Shown piece by piece: positions 36,701 to 44,074 of a stretch of DNA of 64,000 nucleotides. The translations under genes and the position numbers were made by a program. The stretch's first letter is position 1, and every line of letters begins with the position of its first letter. The stretch is taken from the NCBI RefSeq assembly GCF_963921235.1, contig NC_086116.1, forward strand, positions 57,288,001-57,352,000. Direction: 5' to 3'. Below the pieces are notes generated by a model. The model was not told the origin of the DNA. It searched no databases and saw only the letters and a program-made list of their open reading frames with translations. Source of the DNA: Mobula hypostoma. Its lineage: Eukaryota.

Positions 36701-39700
36701 TGAAGAGTGAGGCACAGAGGATCTGTATTTACTGACAATTAACTTGTATTGTCCAAACTAAAAAGAACATGAGTTCACAAACTAACTGTGTGTACACCCT
36801 ACTAAAATCCCTGAACCTCCATGAACAGTCAATGAAGAGAAAAGGTATTATCGGGAGACGATTCTACGCTGGCCAGGCGTTCCTCATGGTCCGGATCTCC
36901 ACGTGTCTGTGGGTCCTCCTTATCCATGATGGCTGGTCTCTGGTTGCTGGAGAGTAATGCTCCTGTGTTTTTGGAGCTCCTGCCTCTTATAGTGTTCCTC
37001 ATCAATTGAACCATTGGATCTCTGTCCCATTTGCTCAAGGTCACCTGACCTACCTGGATCACCTCCTCACTGGTCATTGTACAGGGCTACAGCCAACATT
37101 GTTTCATGGTTCTGCTCACCCTAGCCTTACATTTGTGTCTCTCAACTCTGACCGGTCCGAACCAGCTAAATGAGGCGAACCAGACATCGAGATTACAGAT
37201 CACTTCTATGGTAGGCCTGGCATTTTACATAAGTAGCTACTTATCTGAGAATGGTCTCAGATTTAGCAGATCATCACTTGAGTGAGGTTCCTTGTGCCAA
37301 GCACCTACGCACCCTCCACCAGAAAAATGGGATCTCCCAGTGGCCACCAACCTTAATTCCACTTCCCATTTCTATTCCACCATGTCCATCCATGGCCTCC
37401 TCTACTGTTGCAATGAGGCGACACTCAGGTTGGAGGAGCAACACTTTATATTCCATTTGGGTAGCCTCTAACCTGGTGGCATGAACATTGATTTCTTGAA
37501 CTTCTGGTGATGTCCCCTCCTTCACCATTCCCCATCCCCTTTTCCCTCTCTCACCTTATCTCCTTATATACCCTCTGGTGCTTCGCCTCACTTTTCTTTC
37601 TTCCATAGCCTTCTGTTCTCTTAGAATCTCCCTTCTCCAGCCTTCTATCTCTCTCACCAATCAACTTCCCTGCTCTTTACTTCTCTCCTCGCCCTCCCAG
37701 TTTCACCTGTCACCTTGTGTTTCTCCTCCTCCACCTTCCACCTTCGAACTCTGACTCCTCATCTCCTTTTCTCCAATCCTGCTGAAGGGTCTCAGCCCGA
37801 AACATCAACTGCACTCTTTTCTATAGATACTGCCTGGGCTGCTGAGTTCCTCCAGCATTTTGTGTGTGTTGCTTATATTTACGGCATCTGCAGATTTTCT
37901 GTTGTTTGTAACTGAACCTCTTGACCATGTCTGCATGCTTTTGTGCTTTGTGTTGGTACCACATGACTGTCTGATTAGATATGTTCATTAATGACTGGGT
38001 GTGTGTACGGGTACGGTGTAGGCACTGGGTGTGAGTACGGGTACAGTGTGGGCACCGGGTGTGAGTACGGGTACGGTGTGGGCACCAGGTGTGTGTACGG
38101 GTACGGTACGGGCACCGGGTGCAAGTACGGGTACGGTACGGGTATCGGGTGCGAGTACGGGTACGGTATGGGCACCGGGTGTGAGTACAGTTATGGTATT
38201 GGCACTGGATGTGCGTACGGGCACAGTGTGGGCATGGTTGAATTCAATCTGATTTGTGTAGGAAATATTTCCCTCCCCCTCCCCCCAACAGAAACAGGAT
38301 CTCTTAATCATATAGCCATCTGAAGATTATGCTCATTTATAAATAAATAGAAAAGATTATAAATAATATAAAGATATTGCTTGTTATCTCCGTTCTCCTC
38401 ACTGTGCCCCAAGTGTTTATTTTCAGGCTGTCCTCCCGCTCAGCAGTTTGTGAGGCTGGAGTTCTCCAAATTAATCGTTTTCATTGCCTTGTGTTCCAGG
38501 ATAAGCTCCAACAAACTGACCGAGGAGTCAGCAGAGATTTTGAGTGGTATCCTTCAAAACCCAGAATGCAGAATAGAGACGCTATCGTGAGATTTTTCAT
38601 CACATAAATCTTCATGTAAAATTTTTCATATTTCACTTGAAACTGTAATCCCTCATATTTGCTGTTTGGTTCTGTTTTCAGGTGTGGTACAAACTGTTTT
38701 GGTTCCGCAGGAGCTCGGTCTTTGTGGAAAGCTCTGGCAGGGAACAATAGTCTCAAAGTCCTTCGTTTGTATGACAATGGGATTACAGACGATGGCATAG
38801 AGGACATGATCCAGTACCTGAGACTGAACACAACTCTCCAGAAACTCTTGTAAGTATTTGGTAGATGAGTGTGTGCCTGTGATATGCAGTTTATTTCAAA
38901 AATATCCACGTCAACATGTGTACACCTGCACATGTCCTCTGTGGTGTTCTGTACCAGGCAAGGAGCAACTGGTAACACAGATACAGAGATAGCTAGATGG
39001 CAGTGTGAAATGTGAGGAGGATGTTATGAGAATGCAGGGTGACTTGGACAGGCTGGATGAGTGAGCAGATACATGGCAGATGCAGTTTAATGTGGATAAA
39101 TGTGAAGTTATCCACTTTGGTGGTAAGAACAGGAAGGCAGATTATTATCTAAATGGAGTCAAGTTAGGAAAAGGGGAAGCACAATGAGATCTAGGTGTTC
39201 TTGTACATCAGTCACTGAAAGCAAGCATGCAAGTACAGCAGGCAGTGAAGAAAGCTAATGGCATGCTGGCCTTCATAACAAGGGGAATTGAGTATAAGAG
39301 CAAAGAGGTCCTTCTGCAGCTGTACAGGGCCCTGGTGAGACCACACCTGGAGTACTGTGTGCAGTTTTGGTCTCCAAATTTGAGGAAGGATATTCTTGCT
39401 ATTGAGGGAGTGCAGCGTAGGTTCACAAGGTTAATTCCCGGAATGGCGGGATTGTCATATGTCGAAAGATTGGAGCGACTGGGCTTGTATACTCTGGAAT
39501 TTAGAAGGCTGAGAGGGGATCTTATTGAAACATATAAGATTATTAAAGGATTGGACACGCTGGAGGCAGGAAGCATGTTCCCACTGATGGGTGAGTCCAG
39601 AACCAGAGGCCACAGTTTAAGAATAAGGGGTAGGCCGTTTACAATGGAGTTGAGGAAAAACTTTTTCACCCAGAGAGTGGTGGATATATGGAATGCTCTG

Positions 39701-42700
39701 CCCCAGAAGGCTGTGGAGGCCAAGTCTCTGGATGCTTTCAAGAAAGAGATGGATAGAGCTCTTAAAGATGGTGGAATCAAAGGTTATGGGGATAAGGCAG
39801 GAACTAGATACTGATTGTGGGTGATCAGCCATGATCACAGTGAATGGCGGTGCTGGCTCGAAGGGCCGAATGGCCTACTGCTGCACCTATTGTCTAGTGT
39901 CTATAGCTGTAATGTGTTTTTCTAAGTATGGGGGAAGGAGAGGAGCTAGGATTGAAAGTGCATTTTTACTCAAACCTCTAACTGACCCTCAGTTATCAGT
40001 GGCTGTCAAAAATGAGGTATTTCTTTTGGAAGCAGAATCATGCTTCATGTAATCAAATGAAAAAATATGTGGATTTGGAAATTGTACTGAAGAGGACAAA
40101 GGGCAAAACATGGATTTCTTTAACTTATGGTAACTCCCCTCTCCCCCTTTTCTCTTTCTCCATTCCCCATTCTGACTCTCTTTTTACTCTTTCTTCTCCT
40201 CGCCTGCCCGTCACCTCCCTCTGCCGCCCCTCCTTCTTCCCTATCTCACATGGTCCACTGTTTCCTTCTTCAGCCCGTTACCTCTTCCACTTATCACCTC
40301 CCATCATCTATATAACCATATAACAATTACAGCACGGAAACAGGCCATCTCGGCCCTTCTAGTCCGTGCCGAACTCTTACCCTATCCTAGTCCCACCGAC
40401 CTGTACTCGGTCCATAACCCTCCATTCCCTTCCTGTCCATATATCTATCCAAATTAACTTTAAATGGCAACATCGAACCTGCCTCAACCACTTCTGCTGG
40501 AAGCTCGTTCCACACAGCTACCACTCTCTGAGTAAAGACGTTCCCCCTCATGTTACCCCTAAACTTTTGTCCTCTAACTCTCAACCCATGTCCTCTTGTT
40601 TGAGTCTTCCCCACTCTCAATGGAAAAAGTCTAACCACGTCAACTCTATCCATCTCCCTCATAATTTTAAACACCTCTATCAAGTCCCCCCTCAGCCTTC
40701 TACGCTCCAAAGAATAAAGACCTAACTTGTTCAACCTTTCTCTTTAACTTAGGAGATGAAACCCAGGCAACATTTTAGTAAAGCTCCTCTGTACTCTCTC
40801 AATTTTATTGACATCTTTCCTATAATTCGGTGACCAGAACTGTACACAATACTCCAGATTTGGCCTTACCAATGCCTTATACCAATTCAACATTACATCC
40901 CAACTCCTTTACCCAGTGCTCTGATTAATAAAGGCAGCAAACCAAAAGCTTTCTTCACCACCCTATCCACATGAGATTCCATCTTCAGAGAACTATGCAC
41001 CATTATTCCTAGATCCCTCTGTTCTACAGCATTCTTCAATGCCCTACCATTTACCATGTATGTCCTATTTTGATTAGTTCTACCAAAATGTAGCACCTCA
41101 CATTTTTCAGCATTAAACTCCATCTGCCATCTTGCAGCCCACTCTTCTAACTGTCCTAAATATCTCTGCAAGTTTTGAAAACCCACCTCATCATCCACAA
41201 CTCCACCTATCTTAGTATCATCTGCATACTTACTAATCCAATTTACCACCCCATCATCCAGATCATTAATATATATTACAAACAACATTGGACCTAGTAC
41301 AGATCCCTGAGGCACACCGCTACACACCGTCCTCCAATCTGACACACAGTTATCCACCACTACGCTCTGGCATCTCCCAGCTAGCCACTGCTGAATTCAT
41401 TTTACTACTTCCATATTAATGCCTAACGATTGAACTTTCCTAACTAACCTTCGTGTGGAACCTTGTCAAAGGCCTTACTGAAGTCCATATAGACAACATC
41501 CACCGCTTTACCCTCGTCAACTTTCTTAGTAACCTCATCAAAAAATTCAATAAGATTTGTGAAACATGACCTTCCATGCACAAATCCATGTTGACTTTGT
41601 CTATCCAGATAATTATATATATCATCTCTAAGAATACTTTCCATCAATTTACCCACCACTGACATCAAACTCACAGGCCGATAATTGCCAGGTTTACTCT
41701 TAGAACCCTTATTAAACAATGGAACCACATGAGCAATACGCCAATCCTCCGGCACCATCCCCGTTTCTAATGACATTTGAAATATTTCTGTCAGAGCCCC
41801 TGCTATTTCTACACTAACTTCCCTCAAGGTCCTAGGGAATATCTTGTCCGGACCTAGAGACTTATCCACTTTTATATTCCTTATAAAAGAGTTTCTCGCC
41901 AGTACTTCCTCTTCTTTAATTGTCATACTTTCCATAACTACCCTTCTTGTTTCCTTTACCTTACACAATTCAATTTCTCTCTTCATCCCCTCTCCCCCAC
42001 CCACACACCTGATTTCACCTATAACCTGCTGGCTTGTAATCCTTCCCATTCTCCCACCTTCCTCATTCTGGCTTCTTCCCCCTTCCTTTCTAGTGCTAAT
42101 GACGAAATAGCAACTGCTTATTCCTCTGCATAGATGCTGCCCAAGCTGTGGAGTTCCTCCAGCATTTTGTGTATGTTACTTTGGATTTCCAGCATCTGCA
42201 GGATCGCTTGTGTTAATGAATTGTTTCTATTGGCAGCAAAGAATGAGAGGACACAGAAATACTTAGCAGAAAATAAAATCCAAGGAAATTTTTGTTTATT
42301 CTGTACATTTAATGCAACTTTTCAAACGAGATTCATAAATATGTGAACAATAGACTCACATGTTTGCTGGAAAGATCAGGAAGTGTGACCGGTTATAGAG
42401 TTTTGAAGTGGCTGCATGGGCACAGTGGGATGATGGGTCACTTTCTCATTGTACAATTCTGAGTTTATCAAGACCTGGGCAATGAAGTCAATAAGGTGTG
42501 TCTTCGCTTATCAACTGGCCTCTGAAAGCACACACCCATTCCTCAAACATACTGTAATTGACTTGTGCACGAGTAGAACAGCGTGACCTCTGTCACTTAC
42601 ACTGTTCTGAAGTCAGGTAAGAAAAATGCTATTTTCATACATAATTCAGGCACAGTTGTGTATATTGACCATTTGGTAAACTATGTATTCTTGAATTTTT

Positions 42701-44054
42701 TTACTTGCAATATCAATCAACATTCACAAAACAGGTGTTAAAAGTCAATAGAAACTACAAGCTATGTTACTTTGAATTTAGTAAAGGAGTTGTCCCTTTG
42801 TTGGTCTGTGTATTTTGCATCTTTTTGTTCTATTCTTTTCTCGTCTGCAGGAAGCCAAAATGGCTCCAGTAATCTGTTATGCATAATGGAAGCTATGCTT
42901 TTCAAAGACCGTTATTGCCTGGTTTGTCTGCAATCTGTCCTTGCCCAGATATTATGTTAACCCTTGCCTTACTGCAACTTGCACAGGTGGTCAAAACTGA
43001 GTTTTCTTGATTCTTGGTTTACAGTACTGTACAAAGGTCTGAGGCACATATATATAGCTAAGGTTAGTAATGTTATTATTGCACTGGACTGCTGATGCAA
43101 AAAAAAACAACTCCATGGGTCAATGTGAGTAACGATAAACCTGACAGACTGTTGTGTGAGGCCTGATGGACTGTCTACTGTGGACTGAGAACAGGAAGGG
43201 GGCAGGGAGAGTGGACTCATGGTTGGGAAAAGGGGAAAGGAGAGGGGAGGGAGTGGTAAGCATCAGAGAGACATTCTGTAATGATCAATAAACCAATTGT
43301 TTGTAATCAAAGTCCTGGCATTCCTTCTCTGCCACCTGTGCCACACCCTTCCTGAGGCGATTCATTCCCAACATCCTTTGCTCCCACCAGAGTTACAAAC
43401 TTGATTTCCTCTCTATGTTGACAAATACAGAGCTGTGAAAAGGTCTATGCACCTTAGCTGTTTATATGTGGGATATGGGGAGAAGGCAGGAACTGGATAC
43501 TGATTGTGGATGATCAGCCATGATCACAGTGAATGGCCGTGCTGGCTCGAAGGGCCGAATGGCCTACTCCTGCACCTATTGTCTATTGTCTATGTGCCTA
43601 AGACTTTTGCACAGTTCTGTATATACATACACTTGAAGCATCTGCTAAAGATAATTTCCTTCTTGTTTTCAGTATATGTGCAAACAACTTCAGTGATGTT
43701 GCACAGAGAAACATTGCACAGGTGGAGTCATGTTGTGGGCTGCAAGTCATCACTAAAATCAAAGATGATGAAGAGCTCTTACAACGAGTTGAAACGCAGG
43801 TCGAAGAACTGCTCTCTTCCTGTCCAAAGTATGACAAGGAATGGCTTCAGAAAATACTGAGAACGATTTTAAAAGACCTGGAGGATGAGAGCTGCATACC
43901 TGACCAAAGGACCCGTGCTAAGGTTGGAAAGATAAAAGCAAATATCAACAAGCTTCTTCAGAAGAGCAAGAATGCAGCAGATAATGATCCAAGCCATGAA
44001 AGAAGGGTGCAGTTCCTGACCACTTCGTCACTTTCTTTGCAGGATATCGTATAA
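18679..44054 (+). CDS. Predicted 8-exon gene, 977 aa: signal peptide-IgV-TM-NACHT-LRR-helical tail (transmembrane NLR-like receptor)
   Basis: join(18679..18739,20059..20406,23598..23744,29443..29472,34129..35839,38500..38586,38682..38849,43673..44054). All introns are GT-AG, with phases 1,1,1,1,2,2,2. Total 2934 nt = 978 codons, no internal stop, ending TAA at 44052-44054. Confidence 0.8.
18890..19010. repeat. Degenerate (CA)n/(CAGA)n microsatellite in intron 1
   Basis: cacacacagacacgcatgcagacagacatacaagcacacaca... Confidence 0.9.
20059..20406 (+). CDS. Exon 2: IgV domain, B7/butyrophilin-like
   Basis: Acceptor TTTTTACTAG|, donor G|GTGAGT, phase 1-1, 348 nt. Motifs DVLLPCTF, VITWQR, QFRGRTQLF, GNVSLKL and DVGNYTC are canonical V-set Cys/Trp positions with B7-family signatures. 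Confidence 0.93.
21605..21950 (+). mobile_element. Non-autonomous repeat with a Tc1-TIR-like hairpin end (copy 2)
   Basis: TACAGTACTGTGCAAAAGTCGCAGGCAC...GCCTAAGACTTTTGCACAGAACTGTA, then a Rex1-like tail and the purine-rich body. Confidence 0.7.
23598..23744 (+). CDS. Exon 3: stalk plus transmembrane helix plus basic stop-transfer segment
   Basis: Acceptor TTTTGTTCTTAATATCCTAG|, donor A|GTGAGT, 147 nt, phase 1-1. Encodes (D)TSRINGIDAAGPASERQHYGSPP-AVVFVLITAAILLFQI-KSKKQQDLE. Confidence 0.8.
24563..24784 (-). mobile_element. tRNA-derived SINE with (TTC)n tail
   Basis: On the minus strand, A box TGGCATAGTGG and B box GAGTTCGAATCC; TSD GAATATAGG at 24554-24562 and 24785-24793. Confidence 0.85.
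25350..26030 (-). mobile_element. Penelope-like element fragment
   Basis: GIY-YIG remnant (LYIGET..RLGDSFAEHL) and a terminal repeat carrying a hammerhead motif. Confidence 0.8.
25414..25450 (-). ncRNA. Minimal type I hammerhead ribozyme motif (Penelope-associated), core intact
   Basis: Minus strand reads AGTC-CTGACGA-AGGGTCTCAGCCT-GAAAC-GTC^GACTG: stem I AGTC/GACT, conserved CUGANGA and GAAA, palindromic ACGT stem III. Confidence 0.7.
26156..27788 (+). mobile_element. Tc1/mariner element of the Sleeping Beauty (IR/DR) type, 1633 bp
   Basis: TA TSD; TIR CAGTTGAAGTCAGAAGTTTACATACAC; inner DRs at about 26352-26380 and 27570-27597; DD34E transposase remnant WSDETK, QMDNDPKH and SPDLNPIE. Confidence 0.95.
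26590..27565 (+). pseudogene. Sleeping-Beauty-like transposase pseudogene
   Basis: Start codon region replaced by an inverted copy of the 3' end; in-frame stops at SIM*W (about 27122) and RLT*VK (27527-27529). Confidence 0.9.
29443..29472 (+). CDS. Exon 4: 30-nt cytoplasmic microexon (K)IHLLGDDIK
   Basis: Strong acceptor CTGTTTTTTTTCAG|, donor G|GTAAAG, symmetric phase 1-1, open frame. The model stays in frame if this exon is skipped. Confidence 0.6.
29938..30216 (-). mobile_element. tRNA-derived SINE, young copy, in intron 4
   Basis: B box GGGTTCGAAACC, poly(A) tail, 13-bp TSD AAGATTTCACTTT (29925-29937 and 30217-30229), CpGs retained. Confidence 0.88.
30240..32465. mobile_element. DNA transposon remnants, probably Chapaev (CMC superfamily), with a Rex1 3' end inserted at about 31250-31760
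   Basis: FPRITNAKIKEGICVGLQMK...KIHFLHSHLDFFPEKPGAVGDKYGERFH at 32145-32465, with a related piece at 30500-30570. The superfamily assignment is recalled from the motif and not searched. Confidence 0.55.
32465..33985 (-). mobile_element. CR1 LINE fragments ending about 145 bp before the NACHT exon
   Basis: ORFs 32683-32931 and 33070-33639 (NYRQVSLTSVVGRMLESI), plus a CR1 3' tail. Confidence 0.85.
34129..35839 (+). CDS. Exon 5: linker, NACHT NTPase, winged helix/HD2 and first LRRs
   Basis: Acceptor TCTCTTTCTGTCCAG| (phase 1), donor TT|GTGAGT (phase 2). Walker A GDTGVGKS at 34377-34400, Walker B VLIILDGLDEF, sensor-1 KVLVTSR, ITGFS, NPLNSYILC, FHHVVLKEQFAALY, RFLMG, NLMHCLFELQD, then LRR KLDLRLCNLGDEGIKQL. 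Confidence 0.95.
36040..36300 (+). mobile_element. V-SINE (HE1-like), degenerate
   Basis: Core gtttgtatgttccttcccgtttccgtgtgggtttcctccaggtgatccggtttc...gtccaa and a CR1-like tail. Confidence 0.7.
36526..36562 (+). ncRNA. Minimal hammerhead ribozyme motif (Penelope-associated), core intact, weak stem I
   Basis: CTGACGA at 36530-36536, then AGGGTCTCGGCCT-GAAAC-GTC^GACTG. Confidence 0.6.
37260..37910 (+). mobile_element. Penelope-like element 3' fragment
   Basis: GIY-YIG remnant, pyrimidine-rich tail and degenerate hammerhead (CTGCTGA...GAAAC) at about 37780. Confidence 0.75.
37994..38233. repeat. Minisatellite, 8 x 30 bp, in intron 5
   Basis: Unit about ACCGGGTGTGAGTACGGGTACGGTGTGGGC, no spacers, built from degenerate hexamers. 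Confidence 0.95.
38500..38586 (+). CDS. Exon 6: one RI-type LRR
   Basis: Acceptor TTGTGTTCCAG|, donor TC|GTGAGA, 87 nt, phase 2-2. Encodes (L)ISSNKLTEESAEILSGILQNPECRIETL. Confidence 0.88.
38682..38849 (+). CDS. Exon 7: two RI-type LRRs
   Basis: Acceptor TCTGTTTTCAG|, donor TT|GTAAGT, 168 nt (2 x 28 codons), phase 2-2. Encodes CGTNCFGSAGARSLWKALAGNNSLKVLRLYDNGITDDGIEDMIQYLRLNTTLQKL. Confidence 0.92.
38985..39900 (+). mobile_element. CR1 LINE 3' end, well preserved
   Basis: ORF 39227-39814 (LYRALVRPHLEYCVQFWSP...RRLRGDLIETYKI), then a 3' UTR with CTATTGT tail. Confidence 0.9.
40310..41880 (-). mobile_element. CR1 LINE RT to 3' end
   Basis: GVPQGSVLGPMLF, KYADDTKIGG and VVYMDFSKAFDKVPH in ORFs 40387-42049. 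Confidence 0.9.
43001..43620 (+). mobile_element. Non-autonomous repeat with hairpin remnants at both ends (copy 3); right hairpin split by a CR1 tail
   Basis: Left arm at about 43001-43028, shared body, right arm at about 43427-43454, CR1 tail at about 43470-43592, closing arm GTGCCTAAGACTTTTGCACAGTTCTG ending near 43618. Confidence 0.65.
43673..44054 (+). CDS. Exon 8 (terminal): last LRR plus about 105-aa charged helical tail
   Basis: Acceptor TTCCTTCTTGTTTTCAG|, phase 2. (F)ICANNFSDVAQRNI completes the LRR begun in exon 7, and the frame stays open for 126 codons to TAA. Confidence 0.8.
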
Positions 44055-44074
44055 TCACCATTGTTTTTTTCCTG

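Noticed and set aside
37994-38233. CRISPR-like array
   Set aside because: Head-to-tail tandem units without unique spacers, in a vertebrate intron, with no cas genes.
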